This document shows, piece after piece, positions 12,628 to 26,200 of a stretch of 64,000 nt of DNA. The notes beneath the pieces were generated by a model that worked only from the letters and a program-made list of their open reading frames with translations, had not been told where the DNA came from and did not search any database. Origin of the DNA: Podarcis liolepis (lineage: Eukaryota). Numbering within the stretch: position 1 is the first letter of the stretch; every line of letters begins with the position of its first letter. The stretch is from assembly GCA_965112155.1 (NCBI GenBank), contig OZ218100.1; one strand, written 5' to 3'. The position numbers and the translations under genes are program-made.

Positions 12628-12994
12628 TATTGCAACAAGCTGCTAGCTGCATGAACAAAAAAAAAGGGGGGGGGAGTATTTGATCAGGCAGGAACTGCTC
12701 CTTCTTTTTTCCTTTCTTCACTTAGTAATCTGCTCAGCAGGGAAGATAAGGACAGGCCTCTATGCAAGCTGATAACCACCACCAGAGATAAGCTGCAGAA
12801 ATTCCATCCTCCCACTCTCTCAATTATAATATCGGCAAGGCTAATATAAATTAAGCTCCCCTGGTTTCCACCTCTAGAAAGTCTATGTATTGCTTATTCA
12901 ACCACCTTCAGATGAAAACGGGTTGTTACTTGTTAAAGCTGATTTGACAGTAGAGAGCAGTCAAAGTGCACTTAAGCAGTACAGAGTGTAAGCC

Positions 12995-13525
12995 AATGCA
13001 CATCTACTCGGGAGTAAGTCCCACTAAGCTCAATGGGAATTACTTCCAACTGTGTGTAGGATTGCATATGGCTGACAAATTATGAAGCCGAAATAAATCT
13101 GCAGGTTCTATGATTATTAGCAAAAGTTCCTTTCAGATGTTTCAGTGTTTTTGCTGGCATATATGGCAGATGTATAGAAGTATGTTTATGTCCTGTGTAT
13201 GTTTATTCAGAAGTAAGCTCACCTGAGTAACTGAGTAGCTTACTTCTGAGTTGACACGTAAAGGATTACGTTATTAGAAACCGTAATGGTATTGTTCATA
13301 ATCCAGCAAAATTCAGTTGTGATGTACTAGTGAAATCATTAAGGCAGGTTAGTCACAGCTAAAACTTACTCCACTACTGTTACTTATTCTTCGTTATAAT
13401 GGTTGAATTCTGCCAATTCACCTATTCCAGCTGCGGTCTAATTTTATGCATACCTATATGGTATGCATAAAATCCCACTGAGTTCAATGTGGTCTACTCC
13501 CAAGTAAATGTGCCTAGAATTGCAG
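12995..13525. repeat. Cluster of three old, roughly 70-bp palindromic repeats
   Basis: Decayed copies of a ...gagtaagtcccact...aatggg...ttactt...aggattgca motif at about 12995-13066, 13195-13270 and 13465-13525; others near 38995, 40250, 47515, 56385 and 62100. Confidence 0.55.
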
Positions 13526-13873
13526 CAGTTTCTGCTTGCTAGAAAATAATACCCTGCTCCCCTGGGAAGAGGAGAAGGGTACGTGATGTACCACCATAGG
13601 AATGACAACTCCCACTAGTCAGCTCATAATGCAATGTTGACATATAACCTGAGAAGATTGCTTATTATAACAGAGTAAGTGCTTCCAAAGCTGTTCAAAT
13701 GGCCTTATATTTCAAAAAGTTGAAGGAGGAAACAAGAATGACATGACAAGGATTGCATCATAATAGAGCCTAGCTCTAGAATATTTCCAGCTAGCTAGCT
13801 AAGTAATAAAGAGGGTAAATGGAGGTTTAACATAACAGATGACTGTAATGTTTTTGCTTAAGAACACTTTCAG

Positions 13874-13876
<3 letters not shown>

Positions 13877-13917
<41 letters not shown>
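13877..13917. repeat. (CA)n microsatellite
   Basis: Read directly. Confidence 0.95.
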
Positions 13918-13919
<2 letters not shown>

Positions 13920-14364
13920 AGGATAATCAAAAGATTAAAAAAACATATCACAAATACATTGGTTTTGGTATTTATGTCTTTTGCAATTCCAGTGGAATTG
14001 CTGTTGGTTCTGTCTATGTGATGAGAGACTAGGAAACACTTATCGACAGGGAGTCAATTGTATCTGAGTTCTAGTTACTGCTTGGAGTCAGACCTGGGAA
14101 CAGGAACCAAATCCTTGGTATCACATGGTACATGTTGACATCGCAGCAGTCATACTTAAGGTGGAACCAGCCACATCACTGTTAAAGCAGAGAAACAAGA
14201 GAAAGCATTGCTTTCATGTTTCTCTGGCTAACCGCAGGGATTTTAAAAAGATCCAAAAATAGTGCTCATATCCTTCTAATCTCAAAGGAGGCTGGGCACA
14301 GTGCCACTGTAGTTTATTATGATCCGCTCCCAAACCAACCAAGAGTTGTTCTTAAAAATTAAGC

Positions 14365-14720
14365 TATTACGGCATAAGCTTTCATGGACAAGTCCACTTC
14401 ATCAGATGCATGCAGTATAATCCTCAATTGCAGCTATACAGTATATTCACAATGGGGATGGGTGGGTGGAGGAATTGTAAGCAGATAAGAGAGAAATTAA
14501 ATCCCAAAAATTACAGAGACTATTCTATAAGAGCTAAAATGTATGCAAAACAAGCACAGTGAAGCTTTACAACAACAGTAATAGGTGATAGGAAACAGCT
14601 TGGTAATGTTGCATTAATTAACCCAGTGTAATGGGATGGGAAACCATAGACCCAAATGAATAGAATCAAACTTCTTAGAAAATTGCTATTCAGCAGTTTC
14701 ACATTGGAGTCTCTCTTTGT
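14365..14720 (-). mobile_element. Penelope-like element (PLE) 3' remnant
   Basis: Minus-strand 14720-14630 translates RLQCETAE*QFSKKFDSIHLGL, resembling the C-terminus of the PLE GIY-YIG endonuclease region, followed by a pLTR-type hammerhead motif. Confidence 0.65.
14372..14409 (-). ncRNA. Minimal type-I hammerhead ribozyme motif (PLE-type)
   Basis: Minus strand GCAU-CUGAUGA-A-GUGGAC-UU-GUCCAU-GAAA-GCUU-AUGC: conserved CUGANGA and GAAA boxes, stem I, stem II and a palindromic AGCU helix III. Confidence 0.75.
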
Positions 14721-15216
14721 AATTCTGAGTCTTTATCGAATTTTGACAAACCATACACTATTAACTTCCCGAGTCTTCTGAGTGTCCATCTCCCCCAAAC
14801 ATATAAACATCCCTGGGTCTCCAGACCAATTCCTACACTGCTGTAATAAGAGCAACCCAGAAATGAAAGAAACATTCCTTGCACGAGCGTACAGGAGGAA
14901 AACAGGGAGCATATTAGTCTGCAGCAGGGCTCCCATTTTCATAACCATGGCTTGGAGGATTATTTGAGCAGAGCTCATATAGTCTATTATCTAAGAGAAC
15001 TGTAGTCAGTGAAACTTCTTATCACTTGTTGAAATGTGAGTTTTGAAATAAATTATTTAACTGTAACTCTGGTATATTTTTAACAGATCTGAGGCAGGTC
15101 TGGGAAGTTGCTAAGTGTTTTATTTCAGCCAGCTCCACAAACTGGCTATCCCTTCCTGATAACATCATCTGTCTCTATTCCTGGACAGAAGGTTAGCCCT
15201 TTCTACTTTGAAGGTA

Positions 15217-15858
15217 CAGTGGTACCTTGGTTCTCAAATGCCAAAAACCCAGAAGTAAGTGTTCCGGTTTTCAAATGTTTTTCAGAAGTCAAACGCCTGA
15301 TGCGGCTGTCGGCTATTGTTTCCAGGGCGCCTGCACCAATCAGAAGCTGCGCCTTGGTTTTTGAACATTTCAGAAGTCAAATGGACTTCCAGAACAGATT
15401 AAGTTTGGTGCTTTTGTTTTTGCTATTTATTTTGCATTTTTGTTTTTGAGGCTTTTTCAGTTAATTTGTTTTTGTGACTCTGTCGAACCCAGTTCAGCTA
15501 ATGATTGATTGATTGTGTGACTGCGGAAATGGATAAAAGCCCCCCCCCCATCCAAACAGTGACTATCATCAGTGCAGGTAAGAAAACAATTTAATTTTAA
15601 TTTTTATCATCTACAATACTGTCTTATTTATTTTATAGTACAGTACATTGATTATTGCTTTCATTTTATGGGTCAATGGTCTCGTTAGATAGTAGAATTC
15701 ATGTTACATTGCTGTTTTAGGGGTTGTTTTTAAAAGTCTGGAATGGATTAATCCGTTTTGCATTACTTTCTATGGGAAAGTGTGCCTTGGTTTTGGAACG
15801 CTTTGGTTTTGGAACGGACTTCCAGAACAGATTAAGTTTGAGAACCAAGGTACCACTG
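15217..15858. mobile_element. Tigger-like non-autonomous DNA transposon
   Basis: TA|cagtggtaccttggttctcaaa ... tttgagaaccaaggtaccactg|TA; subterminal segment ggacttccagaacagattaagtttg repeated internally. Confidence 0.88.
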
Positions 15859-18800
15859 TATTTCAAACAACAACAAAAACCTCTTGCTGCAGTTTCTGCA
15901 GATTGAAATCACAAATCAAGCAATATAAGCCAAACTGTAGCAAACAGTGGTAGGTTTAAGTCAAATTCATGCAATGGGAATCAGAAAGATAACAACTGGC
16001 TTGTTTGAAAACTCAGCTGTCCCTTTCTTTCAAAAATGCTTCTTGATTTCTCCACGCTTTGCAGTTTCCCTACCAGCTTTCACCCTTTAAAACACAAATT
16101 ATTTTGGTCACAATAAACAGAGATGCAGATCTACTGAAAGCACAACAGCTGACTCTCATCATCACTGGCAACAGCATGTATTTCTCAGAAAGAGGAGAAA
16201 CAATGATTAAAGCAAAAGGACTCTGATTCAACAGTCCAATTTCCCTCTTTGGCCCCTGCTCTTTCCCCCTTCTATACGTAATGTATGTTTGATCCCCTTC
16301 CTTCCATGCAATTAATTGCAGGTTTTGAAATAAGGAACAATAGAAAACAGCTGTGAAATACACTGGAGGTTTCTTTTTGGGTATTATTACTATAATGGCA
16401 CCTACTTTCATTACTGCACTCCAGGATCTAATCGGCACTGAGTGCACTATAAACCCATTTCCAGACATTTACAACTCCAGCTGCGCAAAGTCTCCCTGGA
16501 CCAAAACTTCCAACACAGCAAATCTCGGCCTGGAAATATATTATTTATTTATCACTCAGAAAGGACCCGTGGGCCACCATCGATTAGGCCTTGGAGGCTT
16601 ATGACGGGAGGCCCATATGGAAAGAAGCCATTTTTCTTCTTCTCACTTTTGAACACAGGACTACTCAGTGTTTGTGTGACTTATCGATCCCCCAGAAGTC
16701 TCTACTGAAATGGTTGGGTTGCAGGGATAGAGGGAATTGAGCAAGGCATCCTTGTTATAGAACAACTGCATGGGGCTGTTTTCAATCAACTGCTGATCCC
16801 CATCGCTTATCTAATGGCCCTAAATCTACTTGTGCTTCATTTCTACGGGCTCAATAGAAAAGCATTATTTAGATTGGAAACATTGTGTGATGAGGAAGAG
16901 AACCTCTGTCCCAGTGGTATACAGGAAATGGAAGGTGTTCAGATATGAACACAGGATGGGCTAGAGCGTTTCAACTAGAGATATGCTAAGAAGACAGGAT
17001 TGTCCATGAACTTTTTTTTTGGGGGGGGGGGTTGGTCTTTTAGGCAGAAAATAGCCTTCTGGCTGTTTGACTAAATGGTTCTTTCCAATGCCACAATAAT
17101 ATTGTGTCTGTTTTTGCCTGTTTGTTGGTGCCCAGGATCTCAGAGAAAGGTCTTTCCCTATACCTGCTACAAGATGCCAGGGACTGAATCAAGGAACTTG
17201 TGCATGTGTGGGCACACACACAGGTTATACATCATCTACATTATCTATTCATAATGCTTAATCATTTCTCTCTTCTGGTTATTTTAAATCCTCTTGCCCC
17301 AAATTAGAGTGAAGCTCTTTAAAACACTAAGGTGCAAACATTTGTTTAAAATGCAAGCTGACCAAAACCTGAAGAAAACAAAACCTGAAGAAAATGTGGG
17401 GGAAGATGAAACCAAGGTTAGTTGGCTACCTAAATCCACAGAGAGGGAAGAAATTGTTTCTTAATGACTGAGCATCACTTTTTGAGCAAATTCTCCCAGC
17501 CTTCCCGTGGCTTATACAATGCAAGTGTTGAGCCGCACTGTTACATTTGGCATATAATCTGTTGTGGTGGCGCATGAGCCTTGGTGCTCACAGCACAGCT
17601 ATTGTCTGTGTGACATTTAACCACCAAAAACAAAAGCTGTGTTTAGCACTTGGCAGCCAATGGGAGTTACAAGACAGCTTTGCAGATTTCCTAAGACTCT
17701 CATTCAAAAAGCCGCTTGTAGAAATACAGTGTGGTGGAATCATGCCTTGTGAATTTAAATTACCCAAACTCTAGAACTGACATATACACACACATATACC
17801 GGGAATCTCCCAGATACATTCATGCACAAGCCTTTAGGCAAAACCAGCAGCCCCTACCCAAGTTAAGCCTAACTGAAACCTTCTGCAAATTGAGTGAAGC
17901 CACATTCAGCTATTGTTCAGCTATTGTTTTCATTGTTTGGAAGGAAGTGAGGGGAGGTCTGGGAAGGAAGAGCAGAGGCCCATTCAGTTTATCAGACAAG
18001 ACAGTTCAGTTTGGAATTCTTGTTCTTTTTTTGCACCCTTGGCATTGCAGGATGTTCGTAATGATAATAATGCGCCATTCAATCCCACCCATGTTCATTT
18101 GGAAGTATCCCTTACTGCAGCCTTTGCCAACTTGGTGTCCAGCAACTTTTACTTGGTTTCGCTTCTTCAGAAATTGCCTCCTGACAGATTCCCCTTCTGC
18201 CCTCGCTTCCTAATTTTAAGAGGGTTTTCATCCAGTTGTTTTTTTTACATTATCTGCATTAGGTCTCACAGGGTTTCAAACCAGCATTAAGACGCACATG
18301 CAAGACCAGGCTAAAGCTCCCTTCCGCAGCCTGTGCAGAAACTGAGGGCGGAGAAGACTAATTTTACTAGCATCCCAAGATGGATTGGCTGCAGATACGA
18401 AAGGAAGGCATGAGAAAGGGGAAACCCTGTCCTCTTCCCCCCTCCCCCCATCTCTCTTTCATGAAGAGGAGCTTGTGTTGCACCATGTTAATGGTGGTTG
18501 TCACACACAGCACGTTCCACAACATGTGCTCTGCATGGAGCAGTGCTGCTCCCCCCAGCTTCCTGCAAAAAGCAACCCCCAAGAAACATAAGCAGTGCCA
18601 GGAGGGAGTAAACAGCTTTCTAATTATAGCGTATCTTTCCTGGGAGGAAGAGGTAGCAAAGATTTCAAGAGGTATGACATGTCCATTGGATAAACTGTGT
18701 TTTGTCTCCTGTCATGTCTAAGAATTGTGCACAAAAGCAATTAATGGAAAGCTGTAGTGCAGCTGAAGAGGATCATTCAGCTCTGTAATGTGTGTGTATG

Positions 18801-19139
18801 GCTATCCCAGAAGAGAACAGAGAGGAGCCCCCGCTAGTCTTTCAGTAAAATAGCAGGGTGTTAGAATGACCCCAAGCTTCCCACCCTTCTACCCATCCTC
18901 ATAAAACTGCACTCCCTCATTCAGCTGGGTAATATGTCATTAATGTATTCAAACATTTATATACCAGCTTTTATCAATTATTTCAAGGGGCTTACAAGAT
19001 ATCTGCAGCAGCAGACACTGCCTTGGGTCCTAGAGCGGGGAAAGTTAGATAAATGGGGGGAGGGGTGTCTACACATGAGTCTCTCACCACTGTCCTGTTG
19101 TTTCTCAAAAGAGAGACTACCTCCCCCCATATTCCCAAT

Positions 19140-19345
19140 TCCAGAAAGTGGGATGTTGGCCTGTCCTAAAGAGGGTTGCATATCCCCTAGAAGGAGCAGG
19201 ACCACAGCTTGGAGGTGCTCCTGGATTCAATCTTGTCATTGGAGGCTCAAGTGGCCTCCCTGGCTAGGATTGCTCCAGCTGATTTGCCGGATACTACCCT
19301 TTTTTTGGACAAAGACAGCTTGTCCACAGTACTCCACCCTAGGTC
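19140..19345 (+). mobile_element. L2-type LINE fragment
   Basis: gttgcatatcccctagaaggagcagg...agcttggaggtgctcctggat...gaggctcaagtggcctcc resembles the post-RT region of squamate L2 ORF2; degenerate. Confidence 0.5.
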
Positions 19346-21297
19346 TTTCTGTTGAGGGGCGAATAACAACTCTAACAACAATTACAGTAACAATAGCAAT
19401 CCTCCTGCTCACTCCGCTTGCAAACTCCCACCAGCTCCGTTTGGATTCACTCTGCTTTAGCCTGTCTACTCTTTTGCAACAGCCCACTCCACCTATCTCA
19501 ATCGGAGCATCTCAAATGGAGGCCCAAGGAAGAACAGCTCCACCCTCCACTCCCGCTCCACTTGATCGGCTATGAGACATGAGATCAAGGGCCCTTGTGC
19601 CCACTGGGTTTCTACCTTGCCACCTTGACCATCCACTGCCCATCCATTTCCTATCTCCCATCCACTCCCTCAACTCTTACAGTCCAGACACAAATCCAGC
19701 CATTCCACTGCTACCACATCACCCCTCCCGCTCTGAACTACACAGGACGCAGAAGCCCCCCTGATGCCCCTCTTAGCTCCAACACTGGTATAATTCCAAG
19801 CTAAGGCCCAAGCCCAGGCCATTCTTCTTCCACCAGCTCCAACCGGCATGTAAAGTCTGCTGCCTGATGCAGACTCGTCCTCACTGTCAAAAGTCCCTTA
19901 TGCCCCACCCCAATCCCACTTTCCCTCGGACAGATCCAACCTGGCATGTATTTGGCACTGCAGCCGCCTCTGCTCAGTTAGAAGCCTCTGCCCACCTGTG
20001 CAGGAAACCTGTCTTTCCCAACTAAGGTGGAGGTTAGGCTAAAATTTAAAATGTGCTCTCTCTCTCTCTCCCCCTCCATTTCCTCACGCCGTGGCATTTC
20101 ATGCAGCAGCAAGGCTTGTTTGATTCAAACCTCTACCTCAGCTTTGTACCTATTGGCACAGCTGTTGTTAATCAAGTCTACCCAGGGCACTGCATGTTGA
20201 CAAACTAGTAGAATATAGTACAGCAAGAAACACCCGCAATTAATACAAAGCTCACTTAGATAAGGGAAATCACACATGCTTCAAAGACCTTACTGAACAA
20301 TTTGAACAAAATCACTTTAAATGGACAATCTAAAACTGCTGGATGGGTCAGAATTGTTCGTCTGGATCAGGGCCATGCTGAATGCACTAGATTTCTGTCT
20401 AAAGAAGGTCCGCAGTTGGCAGGTACCCATTATTATCTCTACCTTTACAATTTTGGCTGGGATGGGAACAGATTTTTTAAATTAGCTAATTGGGGAGGGG
20501 ATAACATCCAGAGTAGCATCATCAATTAGTCAAATAGTTTAAATAAGAGCATTGAAAAGTATTAGGGAAATTGACAAATCTAATTCTACCTTGTCCACAG
20601 TTAATAGAGTAAATTTCAAAAAAGCTAGAATATTCCAAGTTTTTATCAACCAACTTTTAACATGCAGATTGACAGAGTCTAAAAAGAAACCCCATCCCAC
20701 ACACAAACAACACACACATGTCTAGTTGGATATAGCATTTCTGAATGACCACACAGCACTTTTCAAGAGTCACAAAGCACTTTTTGAGAGTTACAAACAG
20801 CGTCGGATATGTAGATCACACTTTTGTCTATCAGTGAAGAAGTAGCATTTTTTAAAGAGACAAAATAGAAATCCATGTCAAATAGTGATATCTGGCAAGA
20901 GAAGTGATTATGAGAGTCTTCATGCCATTGAGTACACTTGAGCTTCGAAGCCCTGCATCATTTTGATAGCATTAATATCTAAATTAAGTATGATTGGTCA
21001 ATACTGTGCATCTACACATGTGCAGTTTCTGCAAAATAGTGCCCTCTGCAGGTAAACCTACAGATCCCATGGACAATATGCTTCCTACTTGATTTTTTTT
21101 TTAAAAAAAATAGGAAATTAGAGAAGGGTATCCTTGCTTGGTCCAATCCTACAATGCCTTCAAAATTATGGAATGCATTCACTTTCCCATATTGCTTTTG
21201 CCACTGACTTTTTTTATTTTTCCTTTAAGTAAGCATGCCTAGTTAGTTACTACCCTACTGCAGGTATGGGGAAGCTTTGGCCCTCCAGACATTGCTG

Positions 21298-21474
21298 CAG
21301 AGGCAGATTTAGGGCAGTGGAGCCAATTCCGCCACACTGGCCGCCGAGGCACTGTAGGGTGTTGCAACAATGACGTAATGAATTTAGCAGATAGGAAGAG
21401 CAGAGGCAGGGAGCTCCAAATTTTGGGCTCGCACAGGGCACTGCTGAAATATGAAAGACCAAAGTCTGCCCCTG
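21298..21474. mobile_element. MITE with 7-bp TSD nested inside a hAT-like MITE (about 21260-21575)
   Basis: TIR cagaggcagattt / aagtctgcccctg; flanks attgctg / gttgctg split the host MITE. Confidence 0.7.
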
Positions 21475-22759
21475 GTTGCTGAAATAGTACCATCATCCAT
21501 GGCCATTGGCCATGTTTGCTGGAGCTGATGGGAGTTGTAGTTCAACAACGTCTGGGGAGCCAAAGGTCCGCCCCCTACTCTTCTTTTTGTCATTAATTTT
21601 TTGTTGCTATTCAATTTCATATAGAAGAGGACTTAAAAATGAAGACTGCCTATTCTGTCCAGAGTTTACATGAAGGGAAATGTATATAGCCTTCTCAATT
21701 AGCATATATAGAACTAACGTAGAGAGCAAATGCCATGTGTTTTGCCAAATATGTTTTCTTGACGTGTGTGTATTGAAAATAATAGTCCTTTTTTTAATTG
21801 CTACTGCAATGGGTACAGTACTCTGAAAATTATTTCTGAAACAGCAGTAGAGACGTTTTTGGAGAATAGGACTTCTCCATCAGTTCAAAAAATATTACTC
21901 CTGGGCCATTCAGATTCTACTGTCAGATACTGATGTTTTGTTTTGTATAGAGTATCTCTTTTTCACCAGCTTTTGCAAGGATCCATGCAAATATAGTTTC
22001 ACAGACAGCTATAAATAGTTTTGGTGATGCCTGATTTGATGATAATTTGTTTATTCATTTTAATACTTTTTTACCCCTTGTTTTGTTGTTTGCAGTTGTT
22101 TGTCCTTGATCCTGACTGCGTTTTTTGTACACAGTATTTTCAGTATTTATATTTTCAAATGTGGGTTTTTTTGTCCCTTTGAGCCTGCTTGAATTTCTGC
22201 AGAGGTTTTTGGTATAAGCAATAAAAGTCTGACCTGACCTGACCTGGAACTGTTATTTCCGCTGCTGCTGAAAGAACTAAAGGCAGCAGAGCTAGAAGCT
22301 TTAGGGCCTTTTACATTGGATGATCGACAGAGCTTCACCTTGTGATCAGGAGCTTTGCACAAAAAGGTATGTGGTGGGGAGCATGTAGGGAGCATGCAAA
22401 AGATGACAAAAAGTTTCAAATTCTGTAAACTAAAGGCAATGAAACCATTTTTATATTTGTGCAATTATTATTCCATGAAATGACTGACTCACATTTCAGG
22501 GAAAGGTTTCGTAAACAAAAATGTCTCCGATAGACATTTATCACAGACCATGCCAATGGTCATTTACTAAATATTAAAATGCTAGGCACTTCTCTAATTT
22601 CAGTTAGTATCTACTTCCAGAGGGCTGGAACTGCAACATTAAAAGCTCAGTTTCTAGTACATACTAAGTGCCCCTGTGCAGCATGTCCCATCTGAGGCGC
22701 GGAGTTGCTAGGCAGATACATGCAGCACAAGGCAGCCCTTAGGTAACTTTCTCCCAACT

Positions 22760-23220
22760 TATTTAGGGTTTCAAATGATGAAAGCAAAACCCTGAACCGT
22801 GCCTATTGGTAGCCATTGCAGCTCCCTCAGCATCTCTGGAGATGGAAGTGGAGTCACACTTAAATGGGAAGAGGTGCTGGAAGCAGCTCCATAGCAGGAG
22901 GTGTTGAGGTAGGGGTGTTTGATATCATGGAATGGGATGCTCCTGCTCATTCCGTCCCCCCGGATCCATATCTCTATGCCCCAAACTGCTGGACCCCTGC
23001 ACTTATTATGGTCCTGATTGCACCTCCCCCATCCCATCAGAGCTCTCCAAGCTCCTCTGAATCCTCAGGATCCATCCATCTCCTCCATGACCTCTCCTTG
23101 GGGCTCATGACAGCTTTCATCTTGCCTGGATTTAAACTCCTCTTATTGGCCCTAATCCAGCCCACTATTGTGTTCAGACACTGGTCAGGAACCTGCATTG
23201 CCACACCTGATTCAGATGTT
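22760..23220 (-). mobile_element. L2-type LINE ORF2 fragment
   Basis: Translation IVGWIRANKRSLNPGKMK matches the WMxxNKLKLNPxKTE motif at the end of L2/CR1-clade RT. Confidence 0.7.
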
Positions 23221-26200
23221 AAAATAGAGCTGTGAGTCATCGACCCATGTTATGTATGAAGCTAAACTTCCACTATATTCTGCTGTAATTCTAGAAGTGG
23301 CTCTTAAGTTGTGCAAAAGCTCAAATATAATGTGAAAATTAATAATTAGGGAAACTCCAGGAAATGGAATAAACTGATGTGTGAATGCAACTAAAATAAC
23401 ATCCAGCTGCCAGCTGGCTTCTGTGTGTGGAACGGGAACCCACGTGTTGGGTTGGCCCTTGGAATTCTGAACCCTGTTCTTCAGAGCAAAATATGGGTGA
23501 GTTGGCCTCAGAAGCAAGCAGCATGAAGAGGAAGAAGAGGAGCAGGTCAGTCCATAGAAAGGTAGCAGCTGGAGCACCTTGTCTCAGGCAGTGAAATATC
23601 TTGCACTGGTTCTGAGAGAAGAGGTGGGAAAGCACTGTTATGCATTTGGACTTCTCTGGATTCAACAGTGTGTCTCCAAAAGCCAAGTGTGATGATTGAA
23701 AATGCTCTTTCTGGACCTATCAAAGCTACTTCTTGAAGCGCAGTTCATTTTCTTGGTCTTTTGATCAAGCTTGCATTTCCAGTTCAGTGACTGAAGAGCT
23801 TACAATTTTCTGAACTGCATCAGCGTATTACCCAGGGGCTGTATTTTTCCCTCTCAGTGTTATCTCAGAAATGGAAATTAGTTCCAATTAGGGAGGCATC
23901 TGCCACAAGATTATTATAGGGTGTTTCTGAGTCCTCTCACAAACTATTAGGGATCTCTTTGGATCTCTGCATTGCACCAGATCCAGAACTATGGATGATT
24001 TAAACTATTGTTTTGGATTTAGGAATAAAATTAATTGCAGGGCCAGTCTGCATGAATTCCACAGCAGTTTTCAATGTGCACTCATTGCCTTTGTGAGGAT
24101 TATTGCTGTCATATGATATTCTCAAAATCAAACTAACTGTGGCATCTGTACCTCTATCATTCTATTATTTATGGAGCACATTTATAGCCTGCCCTTCATC
24201 ATACTAGATGCCAGAGTAGAGTACAGTACACAAGTTAGAACAGACAAATTACATAAAATTAACTATCAGTACATATCTCTAGACATCAGGCAACAACATT
24301 CTTCTTCTCCCAGGCCTTTGGCTAATTAAACAATCAATGGTCTTTTAAACTGTGAGGGGTAGTATTATTTTGATTGTTACTATGTTATGTATTTTGGGGT
24401 TTTAATGTAAACCATCCTGTGATCTACGGATGAAGGAGAGTTAATTTAAGGAGAGGAAATTTAATAAATAATAACAATAACAAAAGTGATCAAAACTATA
24501 AATCAACAAATTAGAATACACAAGTGACATAAAGTAAAGCAACAAAATATATTGGGTGGAACTGAAGTCTGCAATCACATTACTTCATTGCACATCAGGA
24601 AGGCAATGGTTCACAGACCGTAAAACAATATGTATTGGAAGCAGAAAATTCAGATTCTAATGTCTCCCTTACAACTGATGTTAGAGTTTCAGACTCAGAT
24701 CTTATCTTAACTTTTCGCAGAGCCGTTGCAAAAAGAGCCAACCTGATGTCACAAAAATTTGGGACCAGATTTGCTTCACTGATGCATTACAACGCACCAA
24801 CGCCACTCCAAGCACTTCTTCTTATGCACATAAAGGCAGTCTTGCAACATGAAACAGAAAACCGAGAAGCTGATCAAGATGAGGCTCGAAATGGGTATTG
24901 CTGGGACATGTGGAGGTTCCTAGTAGTAAATTACAAACCTTGGCTTCTTCACGTGGATTTATGGTACCTAGATAGCATCAAATCCAGCACTCGCTTATGA
25001 AGGAAGGAGCAGCAATGTACAAAGACATGCAGGCATTCAAAGTTTCAGAGTGGAGCTGAGTAAAACCTTTCAGGGCCTTGTGTTTTTTCAAAAGCCAATG
25101 AAAACAGACTTCACTCCTCACTCTTCCCCTCCCCCCCCCTTTCCACGTTGCCAGTGAAACAGCAGCCCAGCAACTCAACTTTTCTCGTAGCATTTCCTCT
25201 TCCTTCAGGAAAACAACAACAACAACATTGTTTTATTGTTGCTCAGCCTTTTGGGGCTTTTTTTGAAATATGGTCACAACCTAAGTGCGTTTATGAAATC
25301 GAGCTGCAACGGTTGAGAGACCTGCCTCTAAATGGGTTTCTATTGAGAGCGTCTCTCTGCAGAGCACCATAATTCAATGTGTGGGGAACAGGTTATCTGA
25401 ACTGGTCAGGCGGTGGATCTGCTTTGCTTTCGCCCTCCACCCTATTTCCTGTTACAAAGTCAGGAAACCATTACCATTAAGCAAAAGCTACAAATATAAT
25501 TTCCTTCATACTAAATGAGCTGTTTTATGACTAAGGTTAGGAGAAGGTTGTACTCCAGTAGTGCATAAAGGCCTCATTAGGAGACATAAATAATTATCAC
25601 CACCACTTTGAGGGGGAAAATGCCTGGTTAATGTGTGTGCAGCAGCATGAGGTAGTTGAATCCTGAGGTGGTGGAATGAACTCCCTTAAGGCACCACAAA
25701 GGCTTTTAATGTCCCCAAATGTAAATTGGCCCCTACAAGAATAAAACTAGAGAGGCAGGTTTCTAGCCCTCCCTGTTGTTCCAGTTGAAGGTAATTTTTT
25801 TAATATACCATTCCAGTTTTCAGGGAGTTTTTATAGTAGGGAAGCATTGAAAATGTAATGCCCACCTGCAGACTGAAGTAACAGAGTTCAGTTTACTACC
25901 TCAGGACTGCATCGCTTCACTCAGATACATATGCAGACCACCAGGCCTTAGCATTGGGGCACAAAAGGCTCAGTTTGCTTATCCAATGTTTTAAAATGTA
26001 CAAACCAAATGCAAGCAGGGTGGCCCCAAAAAATAAAATGAAAGGGGATGAAAGAGGATACTGGTTTGCAGAAAACTGGCATGTGGTGATTTGTGGGTAC
26101 AGATGCCAATTTAAGGATGATTATTATAATTAAAATAGAATTGCAATCCGTCTCACTTTAATGGGAAAAGCTGTGACCAGTGTGTCTGCTGCAACGCCAA

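Noticed and set aside
18934-19575. 213-aa ORF
   Set aside because: Runs across unrelated repeat fragments (L2 piece plus C-rich segment); no protein-like coherence.
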